Source: Dicyema japonicum
Lineage: Eukaryota > Animalia > Dicyemida
Length of the DNA stretch: 64,000 bases
Direction of reading: 5' to 3'
Assembly (NCBI GenBank): GCA_011109175.1
Contig: RDEW01000062.1
Span: 62,001-126,000 of the forward strand
The notes under the pieces are model-generated. The model ran no database searches, was not told where the DNA came from, and saw only the letters and a program-made list of their open reading frames with translations. Positions 1 to 12,900 of this stretch are shown one piece after another. The translations under genes were made by a program, and so were the position numbers. Positions within the stretch are counted from its first letter, which is position 1; the number at the start of each line of letters is the position of its first letter.

Positions 1-942
1 GAGATATATCGTCCTTCTCGGAGAGATTTTGAACCGACTCTTTATGGAAATCAGCCACCTAAATCTTTAGCTGAAGTAATGATGGCGGGCTCATCTTTGA
101 ATGTGGAGAAAAAAACGGAGCCTCCTTCCAGCAAAAAGTCGCAACCGCCTCCTTCAGTTCCAAAACCACTATTGACCATTCCTAATAAACCGGGAGTCAA
201 CATGAATGTCCCAAAGCCAGTTTTGAACACAGATTTACATCAGAGATCAATTCATCAAGGTTATAGACCCCAACCTGGAAATACAAACCAACCATCAACC
301 GAAAAGAATTCAAATGGAGGGACTAACTCATTTCTGAAACCTCCACCACCATTGGTTTCAAATAAGGACCTCAATGCTAACAAGGTACCCCCAAAATTCT
401 GATCCCAACAAAAATTTTCCATTGGAATCGATTCATTGTAAATGGCAATCTGTCAACAAGAACAGACCACCAACTAGAAAGAATTCAAATGGGGACACTA
501 ACTCAGTTCTGAAACCCCCACCACCATTGGTTCTAAATAAAAACCCGAATGCTAAAGAGATACACTCTCAAATTCTGATGCGAACAAAAATTTACTGTTA
601 GAATCAATTCGGCAGGGTTGTACGCTGAAGCCAGTAAGGGAAACTGAACAATCGAAGACTACTTGCAGCTCAGTCACCAAATTTCCTCAATCTTCTTTAT
701 TACCCACTAAATCGTCAGCGCCGAGTGATTCGGCTCCGACGAGTATACCGAATACGAATTTACTGTTGGAATCAATCCGTAAAGGCTGTACGTTGAATTC
801 TGTACCCATTAAACAACATGAGAAGTCGAAAAATTCACACAACTTGCTGGTCTCTGCTTTGTCAGAAGTGCTAAATAGTAGGAGACAATGTCTTAAAGAT
901 TCTTCTACTGAATCCGTTGAATCATCCTCGTGGTCTGATTAG
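1..942 (+). CDS. WASP/WAVE-family actin nucleation-promoting factor, 3' part (Pro-rich repeats + WH2-WH2-C-A); two frame breaks
   Basis: Pro-rich repeats (LKPPPPLV x2), WH2 motifs NLLLESIRQGCTLKPV and NLLLESIRKGCTLNSV, central helix LVSALSEVLNSRRQCL and terminal ...SSSWSD* (stop 940-942). The frame changes near 395 and 565; the 5' end lies outside the window. Confidence 0.75.
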
Positions 943-1029
943 GATTTATCTAGTTAACTATTTATTCTATGTATAGTTGTCTAGTATTTACGTTCAATTA
1001 AGGTATATCCAGTCTTCACGGTGAGAATA

Positions 1030-1420
1030 AGAATCAATCTATCTAAGCATAGCGTCATATGTATCTGCCACTATGGAGACACCTAGAGTAGAGATAGATT
1101 TTTTTCGGATGCAGGCCAGGAAGTCAACATCTCCTGATACACGTGGAACAACTGACTACTCTTAGGATTTGAAAAAAGGACAGAGCAGAATAGAATCCTT
1201 CAACCAAGTAGATAGCGGTGTGGGAATTCAACCCTCAGCTATGTCACATAGTAAACGAGAAAGTTCCACTCTGACAGCTCTCGGAAAAAGCAGTTCTTAA
1301 GTTTTAATCTCAGGAGGTCGGCGTTCCAATGTCTTTTTCTCTTCGAGGTTCATATGGCACGCGTAGAAAGTCATCTACAATTTTGGTCCAGGTTTGGTAT
1401 TTTTTCCCGGAAGTGAGATT
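1030..1420 (-). mobile_element. Decayed LINE ORF2 C-terminal fragment
   Basis: Minus-strand remnants PRAVRVELSRL...LCP, resembling the LINE C-terminal zinc-knuckle region; many stops. Confidence 0.4.
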
Positions 1421-1693
1421 TCCCTGAGTGTTCTTTGGATATCAGTTCATGTTCTCGTATGTTTCTGCAGTTAGTGGATTTAAGTAATGGGAAGATTAGA
1501 TGGTTGACTCACGTGATTGTTCGCGATATTAATGCTCCTCATTTCAAGATGGACACCCAAAGACAGGATTTTCGACACTCAGTGCAAGTTCCCAATGTGT
1601 AGGCTTACCATCCGTCGCGGATTGAAGCTTTGTCCCGGAATTTCCGGATTACCATATTTATTATTTAGTAATGTAGTATTGTGAGAATATTTT

Positions 1694-2542
1694 TTTACCC
1701 AAGATCGCCGGATTAAAAAAGTTAACTACTAACTAAGTGATCCCGGTTTTCCGGGTTCTGGCTCTCGTTCGGGGTCCTCGAAGATCCAACAGAATTAGTA
1801 AAAACGGGGACGGTCCCATTCTCCATAAATTCCCCGCATTTTCTAGATAGTCAGATATAGAGAGTGAAAGCGGATAGCCGGTTTTTATTGCCCACTGTAG
1901 AAATGACTTCACTCCCCACCTTAGATGTTCTTTAACGTTCAATACGTCCGTCACAGTTTTCTTATTTTCAAGACAGCAAGTTGTGCGGATTCTAATTTTT
2001 GAGACGACGATTCAGAAATCATCTAGCTCCAGGAAGGACATGCGTATTCGATTACTGGCAATATGTATTGTCTGTAAATTTTCTGTAGTAAGAAGGTGTT
2101 GCGCCCGATTGGTGATCGGGAAAAAATTTTCTATATGTTGGTCCTCCTCCTTACCTTGGTAATAGCGTCATTGACGTGTTCGCCGAATGTCAGGAGAGTA
2201 TTCAGCTTTAATCCTAGTATTGTGGAGATTTATTCATATCCAAACAATTTGATTTTGAGAGAGTATAATGATCTTCTATATGTAGATAAAATTTTTATAA
2301 ATGACTTTCCTGTAAGAAACTTCCAGTCGATTTAATATGAGCCAATGTTCCAACATACCAATATAACTTTGAAGCTTTATCCCTGCATTCTCATAGTTAG
2401 AGTCTCTCGTCGCAAGAACAATGTCATCTGCGTATGAGAGTATCAATGTATCGGGATCATCATTGGTGGGAAGGTCATTGGTGTACAAGTTGAAGAGCAG
2501 GGGAGAGAGAGGTGAACCTTGAGGGACACCATTCGGCAATAA
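1694..2542 (-). mobile_element. 5'-truncated APE-type LINE insertion with 14-bp TSD
   Basis: RT motifs GVPQGSPLSPLLFNLY and YADD; ORF ends ...KTGIT*; 3' hairpin and A tail; TGTGAGAATATTTT duplicated at 1680-1693 and 2543-2556. Confidence 0.9.
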
Positions 2543-3109
2543 TGTGAGAATATTTTAAATTATGAATTCCATTTGGTCAAAAGAAAGAGGTCGAATGAAA
2601 TAAGAAACCCTCAAATCATTAATGAGGTTTAAATTCATGCATTGATTTTTTTAAAAATCGAAAATTTCTAGATAAAGTTCATTCAGTTCAAAAATATAAC
2701 CACAGCTTGGGGAAGCATATTTCAACGTCATCCTGATAAATTATTGATACAGGAGCGTTAGACACTCCTTTTCCAGTGACAAGCTACTGTTCGAAGGATA
2801 TTTGATTTTCTTTCCTTTAGTGCAAAGTTTTTCAGCGTGTTTGTTAATGTCTCAAACACGACTCTGAGGATTTTAGGATGTTTAACCACTCGAACAAGTT
2901 CGTTGTTGAGATACACAGTAGGATTGTGGTTGAATTGTTTCCGGTCTTTTGTAAATATTGTTTGAGGATTTCGATGTGGATAGGGAAATCCGGTTTGTGA
3001 CCATTTAGTCGGAAAATAAATTTAAATTTGTTTGACATTATATGAGGTCAATTGAAGTTTTGTCCCTTGATGCAATTTAAGCATCATATGTTAATTTAAT
3101 ATTGAACGA

Positions 3110-3280
3110 ACTTCTCCCAAGAAATAAGGTGCTTCATAGGTTAGGTGAATCCAATGTCGTTTCTAGGATTTGACGCAGGCAGAAAGCAGAGAAACCTTCG
3201 ATGTGAAAATCAGGGTATGAGAATCGAACCCACAGTAAAATGCAACGCAGGGAAAGCACTTTCCTTTATCCTTTACCATA
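3110..3280 (-). mobile_element. Possible degenerate tRNA-derived SINE
   Basis: Minus strand carries a B-box-like GTGGGTTCGATTCTCAT T-arm hairpin; the A box is weak. Confidence 0.3.
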
Positions 3281-3459
3281 TTTATAAGTGATACTAAAAA
3301 TTACTAAATTAATGAAGGAAAATGATTTATTAAAATATTGACTTTATATGACTCAAGTTTATTTTTTTAGGTTTTTTAGGTTAAACATGGAGAAATTGTC
3401 AACTAGTGTAGCGCAAGCAGTTACATTGAATGTTGTTGCTTCTCCCGAATCTCATTAAC

Positions 3460-4060
3460 ATTGCAATCATATCGATTACTTCAATTTTTAATCTCACCTC
3501 AAACACGAACGCTATCCCTAGCAAATGGAAGAACTTACATATCACACCGTCTTAAATCCTGGAGAACCAAAATATCATTGATCTTACCGCCCGATATCCC
3601 TGACGTCTGCGTTATCGCGCCTATGGAAAAACTCGTGCTTTGGAAAATTAAACTCATTTTCCCTCTTACCACTATCAACATGGATTCAATCGAAGCTATC
3701 TACATCAACACACTTAATTTCTTTGGCACAATTTATTCTGGAGAGCTTTAACAAACCCATGGCATCTACGGACAATATCAGTCTCGTTAGACATCAAAAA
3801 GAAGTTTGATTCAGTTATAAAGATCTTCAACTCCATTCATCCAACTTTAAAACGACGGAAAGCTATTTTTTACCGGACGAAAGGGACGCTTGTATAGGCT
3901 ATTCAAGAACTTATTCTTCAATGACTTACCCTGCCCTGGGGAGTCTGATTCAATGCTTCTAACATATAACGACGATTTAATTATTGCAAACCGAAACAGA
4001 TACATGGATATGGCAAAATCAGATCTTCAGTCACACCTAAACGACCTGGGGGCTTGAATG
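3460..4060 (+). mobile_element. Decayed LINE RT fragment
   Basis: Remnants of the D(I)KKKFDSV RT motif and downstream segments, with multiple stops and frameshifts. Confidence 0.45.
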
Positions 4061-4289
4061 ACTTCAACTTTCCATTTTCATATACCATTTTTACCACCGA
4101 CCGTAGACAAAAAGATAGGATAGAAATCGAATTATGAAGATATTATGTCGCGAGCCAAAGGTGATACTTTGAAAGCTGTCAATTATTATTAAAAGCACTT
4201 TCACATAACCAAAAAACGTTATATTAACTAAGGTCCCGTTAGTGCCACACGTTTCAAAATCTGCTTCACTAGGCGTCATCGCTGCGCCC

Positions 4290-4416
4290 TCTGTATTGCG
4301 CATCTGTCCGTAGATCTTCTAGGTCTTCTGCAGATTTAAGTTTTCTTCCAATTCCATTAAGATCCTTGTTCAGAGTTACGGGTAGAGTGACTCTGGGTCT
4401 TCCTCTGAACGATAGC
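4290..4416 (-). mobile_element. RTE-clade 3' coding fragment
   Basis: FRGRPRVTLPVTLNKDL...DLEDLR matches the C-terminus of the element at 6560-7282. Confidence 0.55.
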
Positions 4417-4745
4417 TGTCAATAGTTGTCAATTTATTTTTTTATTTTTATTTATTTATTAGTCAAAAAATAAAGTTAATCATTTTTTCATAGAAATAAA
4501 AGCTATTAATAGTAAACTATTTTTAAGCCATTTAAAATAGACTTTCGTCACTGCACCTAACTATTTTGGAGACAACTTTGCTCCGACAGTAATCGGATCT
4601 TCGTAGGGCTGTTCAAACTTTTGTAGACGCAGAGTAGGATTCGTCCCATAATCTTTAGAAGACGAATCTTTAAGTAATTATAAATTTAATACAATACCGC
4701 CAATTTTTATTTCATATTTTGATCGATGCACTCGATGTTTTTTCG
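4417..4745 (-). mobile_element. Gypsy/Ginger-like integrase C-terminal remnant with TGTCAAT terminus
   Basis: TNPTLRLQKFEQPYEDPITV; identical 22-mer shared with 19028-19049; same terminal sequence as 18709. Confidence 0.4.
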
Positions 4746-4749
4746 ATGA

Positions 4750-4900
4750 TTGTTATCGAGATATGCTCTAGAAGTCGTCTTTCTCGCGTTGACCTTCAGT
4801 GACCTCTTTGGATCATTGAACCGATCTGACGGACTAGATCGTTTTCTTGTGGGCCAAAGATTTCCGACTTTCCGGACTGAAAGACACAAATTTTTGGCAA
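4750..4900 (-). mobile_element. CRE-clade 3' fragment
   Basis: Nucleotide similarity to the CRE 3' end at 35640-35795. Confidence 0.45.
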
Positions 4901-5169
4901 TGATTCCCAAATTCTTTATACAAAAATTAAAAAAAAAACTTTCACTTCTTACTACAGAGTTAAGGTTACCCGTGATCAAGTTATCTTTAAGTCGTTTCAA
5001 TATTATTGCACTTTAACGGCGACAATTAACTCAACTCGGATTTCAATCTCATTTGATAGAAATACAATTTTTTGTTTTTTGACGAATCTTGTTTAAAAAC
5101 TGCTTAAATTAGCAAAAGTTACAATGAAAATAAAGCCGAATAAGAGTTTTTATTTTCATTTACATAATA

Positions 5170-5342
5170 ATGTGATGAAGACTTCCGGGGTCGTGAGTGA
5201 GATGACGGACGTTTTTCTCTCCAGTATCGTACGAAGGCTTGCTTCGAAGAGATGCGAGTTCCGCCAAGGATTTTGGTTGAGACAGAGACTCGAAATGGCA
5301 ATGATCAGAGGGAACACCTTCGAAATCCTGGCCTCTTAACTA
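5170..5342 (+). mobile_element. CRE-clade RLE LINE 3' fragment
   Basis: KTSG...FWLRQRLEMAMIRGNTFEILAS* is the typical RLE C-terminus (QRLSxAxxRGN). Confidence 0.65.
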
Positions 5343-5967
5343 AAAGACTTCGCAATTCAGGCCTCAGCTGTTTTTTTTTTCAACGAATTTATTCGATTCT
5401 CTGAGCGTCATGAATGTTTGCTTATATAATTTGATTAGAATTTTTCACAACTGACTTAAATTCTGGATATTAAAGTTATTATTTCGGTCTAAAGGTTAGG
5501 GTCCAAATGTAATAAGCATTAAGATGCTATATCATGCAAGAAACCCAGTAAGACGTGGTCTCGTAGATTTGACAAGAGTAACCAAGTTCTATTCCTAGTT
5601 TACATAGGTTCAACTTAGTTTCGTAACGTTGCATATATTGCAGTGTATTTCCCGTTCCATTTGTTTCGCGTTGTCTAATGGGTTATCATTAAAACATCCT
5701 ACAAAACGATTTCAAGACTTTACAACTCCCAAGAATGAGTTTAGGCAAAACTACTACGATTATTCCCCCGAAACCAGGATTATTTCCAGTAACTTTTCTC
5801 GGAGGAAATTTACTAATTCCTTTCCTGTAGTTAACGTTCACAAATTAAATAATTACCGGAACTACAACTCAGTGCAATTTCAAATCGAATGAACTTTATT
5901 CCCATCGAGGAACCGACTATTTCGCCAGACAGGATAGTAATGATTCAGTTTTGAGTTACTCCCTTAA

Positions 5968-6461
5968 CCAAATAATGAATTACTGTTCCAGACAGACAGT
6001 CGCTGTGAAGTAGAAAATCCACGGTCAGAAATTTATTGTTTTGCCAATTTTTATATGAAAGAACGTGGCAAAGTTGGTTATACGCAATCAGACATTGCTT
6101 TGCTAGTGGAGAAGAATGGGTACCTCATTTATCAAACGACGGTTTGTCGTTTTGAGTCTGGGAAACTGTCTTTTATAAGCATGAAGAAACTCATAAATAT
6201 TTTTGCTAATATCTTGGGACTAATAATGAGTGACCGTCCCTCTAATCCGAATCAGTCGAAATCGTCACGTATCAGGCTGTCAAGAGAAAAAAGGTGTTTT
6301 GAAGAGATATCAAAGAAACCTTAGAAAATATGTTTAATAAGGGCATTTATCTGTCCAAATCAGAGATTCAAGAAGTTGCAAAAAACTTTGGTTTGCCGGA
6401 GTGTACTGTAAGGAATTGGTTATCTAACAGAAGGCAGAAGAGGCTTAAATTTCATAAATGA
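5968..6461 (+). pseudogene. Divergent POU-domain homeobox gene (frameshifted; pseudogene or assembly error)
   Basis: POU-specific domain FANFYMKERGKVGYTQSDIA...QTTVCRFESGKLSF. After a 1-nt shift near 6305 comes the homeodomain DIKETLENMFNKGIYLSKSEIQEVAKNFGLPECTVRNWLSNRRQKRLK*. There is an in-frame stop just upstream and no intron. Confidence 0.75.
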
Positions 6462-6559
6462 CTGTAAATTTAATTTTTTCAAATATTATTTAGTAACTTT
6501 TATTTGACCAGAAATTTCAAAAATTTTACTTATTTATGCAAATGATACACGTTTTTAGG

Positions 6560-7282
6560 TCAATTTGATAGGATACTTGTCTTACTTTTAAATTTAGATG
6601 ATTTGGTAACCAACGGTATAAAAAAAGTAGATAATAAAAAGAAGACCAGTTAGCTAAGTAACTACAGAGAAGACGGAAGATTACTGGCGCAAAACGAATA
6701 AACTGGACTCCCTCTTTGGTGACAACGAAGACATAAGAAAAGGAAAACATTAGCACAAGATCAAGAAAACCTGGTTTGTCTGTATAGGGCTCGATGTGGA
6801 TACAAGACTCCGACTGTACAACGCACTTGTGAAACCAATGCTCTTGTATAACGCTGGCACTTTTTCCTGCACAAGACAAGAACTTGAACACTGAACTCCT
6901 TCCACAGAGGCCAGCTTTGATATACCCTTTCCTCCTGGAACCACTCCAGACTGCCGTCTGAATTTCTTTACAAAAGAACGAGGAGCACAGCGATTTTGTG
7001 CGTGATCCTGGAGGAAAGATGAAGGATATTTGGACACACCTGGTTTCTCCAGCAAACATGACCATAGAGGATTACTTTGTTCTGGACGCTCAGCGTTTCC
7101 GTGGTTGACCAAGGGCGACTCTACTGACCGTCCTTGATAAAGATCGTAAGGAAATCGGGGGACGCCTCAAGGACGGGGAAGACCTCGACAAGCTGCGAGA
7201 CGAGGCAACGAATCGCTATAGCTGGAACAAGTTAATCAGTCATTTGATTTCTCGTCCTCACATGCTTTGTCACGTCCTATGA
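6560..7282 (+). mobile_element. RTE-clade LINE 3' fragment
   Basis: RLRLYNALVKPMLLYNAGTF, NSFHR and RG*PRATL...DLDKLRDEATNRYSW motifs. Confidence 0.7.
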
Positions 7283-7599
7283 CATAGAGTATGTCCTTAA
7301 CAATCTTTTTTCTCACTTCTTTTATTTCAAAAAAATCGTCTATAAAATGTAATACGAGTCCGTTATTTTGTCATGCACGAGAGAAAGAGGAACGATGGTT
7401 ACAGGTGTAATGAAAGGAGAGTGATATCAATGCAATAAAACACTAGCAGAACTCAAACTTCAACCCATGGGTTAATCAATAGCTATTAATCAACGATTAA
7501 CCAAAGCCTACGGATTAGAGAAAAGTAAGTTGTCAATTTAAAAGCATTAAAAATCCAGTGTTTTTACTACTAAAATATTATTAATTATAATTTAAATGT

Positions 7600-8022
7600 C
7601 TACTTAATCGAATTTTTAAGAAGGGACAAAATTTTAGGATCGGAAGTCAATTTAAGATGATTTTTCGTTACCAAAGCCCCCTGAAAAATAATACCAATTC
7701 GAACATGTTCAATTAATATTTCGACACAATCTAGATCGTTTTCATAAATCGACCCTTCAAGAGGAGTAAATCCATATTTATCGACACACTACAAGCGTTA
7801 TGAATATAAAACATACATTTACATTCGCACCATTTTTTACAAGTAAATTAATGATGTCTCGTTGTCCATACTCTGCAGCGATATTGATTGGGTATTTTTT
7901 ATTTGACATGTACTCATTCACCTTTACTCCCTTTAAAATAAGAATTAATCAACATTTTTTAAATGTTCTGAAACTGCATCTACATCACCAACAGAAATGC
8001 ACCAAATAAAAGAGTTTATCAT
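7600..8022 (-). CDS. MTPN: Myotrophin (V-1) ankyrin-repeat protein, 4 exons
   Basis: Spliced product MINSFIWCISVGDVDAVSEHLKN|GVKVNE...PINIAAEYGQRDIINLLVKNGANVN|CVDKYGFTPLEGSIYENDLDCVEILIEH|GALV...KILSLLKNSIK*. Phase-0 introns at 7931-7953 (23 nt), 7789-7816 (28 nt) and 7681-7704 (24 nt). Confidence 0.85.
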
Positions 8023-8189
8023 TATTAACGAAGTGAGTTAATGCGGAATTGGAATAATTAAATAATTTTATTACATTGAAGATTATTAATAAAGGTTTTT
8101 AATTATTAAATTAAAATTAAATTTATTTTCACTTTAATTAAATTCGTTATTTATTTCATTTGTTATTGAATCGATTAAAAAACTTAGGA

Positions 8190-8760
8190 GACGTCAATGC
8201 CTGGCCGGCATTCAAATTGGAGGGGTCCCCATAATATTCTACACTTAGAAAGGACTTGATTCTGTCAAAGGATACGTTCTATTTCGATCAAGGAACTGAA
8301 TAAAACCTATTTCTGGTATATCCGGGTTTATTAAAAAATATTCATTTCTACTCAGAGAGTGGATGATATAATCCTTACATCTAGGGACCAATGCATCCAG
8401 ACAGGTTCAGAACATTTGCAAGATCCGCTCTACCACATAAACAGATACTATGAGAACATAATCAACTCAAAGTTAAGTTCCATATTCACTCAATATATTA
8501 GTGTTAACAATTACTACGACTGCCCACATGGGGAACAAACCTGGAAAAAAAGAAGCTATACAAGATCGAAGACATCCAATAACTACATATAAATTCTTTA
8601 GCTTTGTTACAGATACAACTCTCTCCTGAAAACTGTCAGACAGTTTATCTCACGGGACCATCTGTAACTGAAGCATTTAGAGTGAACGTGGGATCCCGAG
8701 AGGAACACCGAACGAAGGTGAGGAGCTTACTGAGAAAGCCTGAGATCACCTAATGGCTCC
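8190..8760 (+). mobile_element. Decayed LINE 3' fragment
   Basis: RT remnants ending ...KPEIT* with the 5' arm of the shared hairpin motif. Confidence 0.5.
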
Positions 8761-8789
8761 TTCGCTCTTATAATATCTCCAGTCCCAAT

Positions 8790-9825
8790 TAAGAAGACCC
8801 ACCCCTATCGGTGTTACCTCCTATCAGCTTGAGTCTTTTATCCGCCTGTGTCATTAATGACTCATTAAACGTTAAATGGACTTGGTAGCTTCTAGGATCA
8901 AAAAATGCAATACTGGAGACTTTTTGGCACCTTCCAATATCTTCGTCCTTTCTTTGGAAAAATAAAATCGAATTCTTAATCATCCGGTAGCCGCTCTCAT
9001 GATTGAGGCCGCATTTAGTCTACCAAATATCAAATTCGCATGTGGGCAAACTTTCATTTGGTACAAGTGTATTTCACAGATGGGATAAGCACATAAGTGA
9101 CCGACCCTGTAATGATAAAAAATACTGATAGAGGCTGCAGTTGGAGAGCAACTCTTCTTTGCTATGTTTTCAAAACATCCATTTCCTAAGCCTATTCGTC
9201 GAGATTTTAGTATGCAATGTGAAGTCAATATCTTGTCGTAGGTGATTATAAGAATCTTTGAATTTTTTTCGATACAATAAGGGCCTTAGCAAGGAAAATT
9301 TTAAGAGTTGTCTTATATTCTTTATCTGAATTGAACCTTGTAATTTCTGATTTTGACACTGACACGGACAATCTCTTAAAGACATGAAGCCAGAGAGGAA
9401 AATCTATCGCTTCTGGCTCTACAAATGTTATCCGTATCTTTGAAGAACATTTTAAAAACTTCTTTTACTGGAAATTGAAGAGAAATAGATTAAAAAACAC
9501 CAGAGATATTGAGGCCTGTGGTAAACCATTTGCTAATAGGCGAGATTTTGATTTCACGTATTCTCCCATTTCGTCCGGAAAGGAAATTGTCGAATCAGTG
9601 CTTAATGTTTGGATGGATTCTCGTCACAAAATTTTGAGCGCTGGAGACTAAATTGAACGCTTTGTTTATTGTGCGTTCTTGCACATATAGGTTTTGGGTA
9701 GTGAACCGTCGGTAATAAACTCGAAAATAATACTCAAATAGTTTAGGTTGGTCGGTCGTTTTTGAAGCCATGCTGGAAGAACAAAATCCATAAAACAGGA
9801 AAATCAACGTTATAACATGTCTCAC
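8790..9825 (-). pseudogene. Disrupted secreted protein, possibly reprolysin (M12B) metalloprotease-like
   Basis: Signal-peptide-like start, Cys-rich segments, degenerate H-x-x-VGH motif (HYRVGHLCAY) and downstream SIMRA Met-turn-like motif; many stops. Confidence 0.3.
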
Positions 9826-9939
9826 TAATATTTTTAGAGATTTGCATGTTTCCTGGATTAAGAATTGTTGAGATTTAATAAATTAATTAATTTTCTTTTT
9901 AGTTAAGACAACGACAATAATTAATTAAAATTAATTGTT

Positions 9940-12900
9940 TCACATTGCGTATTTATTTTTTATTTCTAAAGATTTATTATTATTTTTACTGTTCATTACT
10001 TCAGCCAAAGATCCATCATTTATGTCCTTATGTTCCATTTGAGGGATTTTAAAGCTTTTAAGCTAAATTTAGCGGAAATCACTAACTTTAAAATTAATGC
10101 TGCGTGTCCTTTTGTTCCTAATGAGCTAAACCAAAGAAAAATCATTAAAATTATCAATACCACAAATTTTTGCACAAAGTTTTTCAAGTCTTGTAAAAAT
10201 TCATCAATTAATGCCTTTTTTGGATTTTCTCCAAAATATTCCAACAATTCCTTAGATAATTTCTGCAAATTAATAATTAATTCAAATTATAAAAACTTGG
10301 GCTAATTCGAAAGATTTGACCAGAGCTTCGAATCTTGGTTTTTGTTCGCTTAAAAATTTCTTGATGTTTTCTTCCGCCGGTGAGTTAGGCTTAATTTTTA
10401 AGGCTTCCTTCACAATCATTTCATATCCAGAACGTAAAGAAGCATAATTTGTTTGAAGTGTTTCCATAATATCTAATTTCAAATTATAGCTCTACTACCT
10501 CCTCGGTGAGTTAGTTTCTCGAAAAAAGGAAATTCTTGTTCAAAATATAAAAGATCACGATGCTTAATGTCAATATGTTTAACCAAATATTCCATTAAAG
10601 TTCCTTTCCCGTCGTTAGTTTTTATCGTAAAAAACAAAAAAAAATAACTTAATTTTACTTTACTCAGAGATTTTATTTGAAATCCAAATGCACATGCTTT
10701 ATCTGAATTGAAAAAATTTGCGACGGCTAAGAAAATCTACATTTAGGCACAAATTCATACTTTTAATATTTCTTTGAATTTCGATGATTCTCTAATACTT
10801 TTTGTTAATTTTATAAATTTTTCTAATGGCTAAAATACTAGCGACAATTTACTTCGGCAACATTTTTGTACTTTTGCTGAACATTGTACATGAAAATTAG
10901 CATTTTCATTCGAGTTTCTATTTTTTCAACCATAAGTAGCTGAAATATTTTTTTATTAATTAAAAAACTTTAACACATAATTGGTCCTCTACTATAAGTT
11001 TTTTTTGCAATTCAGGGTCATTGAGGTATTTTCCAAATAATTTTTTCTAAAAATGAAAAATGTCCAAAGAATTAAAATTGTAACATCACCAACATCGTCA
11101 TCTTTTGGACAAATTGGCATTAATAATTCCAACTCGTCGGTGTAGTTTATGTGCCATTCTAGTCTGCAAGGTAATTAATAGAATAAAACTCAGAAATCGC
11201 GGATAAAACACTATCGACGATTTTTCCAATTTTTATTCTGACAATTGCTTTAGAATTATAAATTTTTAAACTCACCTACTGATCTAAATCTATTATTGTC
11301 GAGTAACGAAGTTGGATAATCATATTTTTCAGTATCTTTAGTGATTGGTTTTTCACGTTTTCGTTGCTCACGTAAAACTCCTCATTGATCTCATTCAAAT
11401 TAATTTTCTTTAAATTATAAAAAAATGATTTAAGTACATAATATATAGCCTCAAAATTCATGTTTTTAAAAATCGACTTTTCTAGCTGTTTTGGCGAGAT
11501 TGGCAGCCAGTTTACCGTTTTTAACGGTTTCGGAGGCTTTGGAATATTTTTTGAAATTTTTTTGCTTTTAGATTTAGAAGGTGGTGGAGGTGGTGGGGCT
11601 ACATTTTGAATAGGCGGTGGAGGTGGGGTTTTTGATTCTGTTGAAGTCTCTGCATCTTCGCTTAAAGGCTTTAGAAATGGTTCTCCGGAGGAGGTTGGAA
11701 CGATTGTTTTGTGTTTTGACAAAAGAGTTTTGTTTTCGTCTTCTCTTGGCATAGATGGAACTGATGTTGCTGAATCAATTGTTTTTTCTGGTGATTTCGG
11801 TTGATTTGATATTTCCTTTTCGAATTTATCTGTTTCGAATAATTTTATATTAATGACCGATTTCATAATTTTCGAGCTCTTCTGGCGCCATATATGATTT
11901 TAACTGAGATTCAATTTCTCGTAGACGCGCTTTCAATTCGTCAAGTTTTTCCGCAGTTTCGCAAATCAGATCAAAATCGATTAGATTTTCTTTATATTTC
12001 TTTATTACATTGCACAATTCCACATCTTCCCCATTTTCGTAAATCTATAATTTTTTTATTGCCTACTTACCTTTAGGAATTCACTAAACTTGGAATTTGC
12101 CAGCAAATATTGATTTACCACCCTTCTTTCCAAATCACTGTCGTGGTTAACAAAATAATTGATAAATTCAGCTGAAATAGCCTGAAGGTATAAAATACTT
12201 ATAACTTGATAAGTTGGAGACATTGAAGTGAAAAGAGGTTCGATAATTCCTTGAAACAAATATTCCTGTCTAATCTCCTTGAAATTATCAAACAAACCAA
12301 ACTTGATTGCACTTCATAACTTTGGCGATGACAATCTCATTTTCTATGATGCAGATGCTTATTAGAAGGGTAAGTACGAGCAATGTAACGCTATTATCAG
12401 ATTTTTAAATTACTTTGGAATTTTAAGCGTTATAGTTTTGTAAATTGTTTCTAAAAAGCCTTCGGTCTTGATTCCTTTATTAAACCCAATCTAAAGTAGA
12501 CAAATTGCAAAACTTTCGTGTTCATTATGTCTTTGGCGCAAATTATCGAAAAGTAAATACATTCTTTGATCTCGTTTAAATTATTTGAAATTTTATTTTT
12601 CTTATTTCCGTAAGAATCTTTATATTTGAGATATTTTCCTCATATCTAGCAAATTATGCGAACGAAAATACATATAGTGCAAAGACGAGAGAATTTTCAC
12701 AAGAATTTCGATCCCATATCGATCATCGTTTAAAAATAATTTACATATTCTATAATTTAAGCACACTTTAATACGTTAATGGCTGAGTCCTTATTAAATT
12801 GTCAAACTTTACTAAACTGTGTGCCAACTTCGGATATTTGAATTTCTAAAATAATATAAATTAATTTTATTAGATTTATTAAATAATTTTAAATATTTTA

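Noticed and set aside
6526-7112. 179-aa and 120-aa minus-strand ORFs
   Set aside because: Antisense shadows of the plus-strand RTE fragment.
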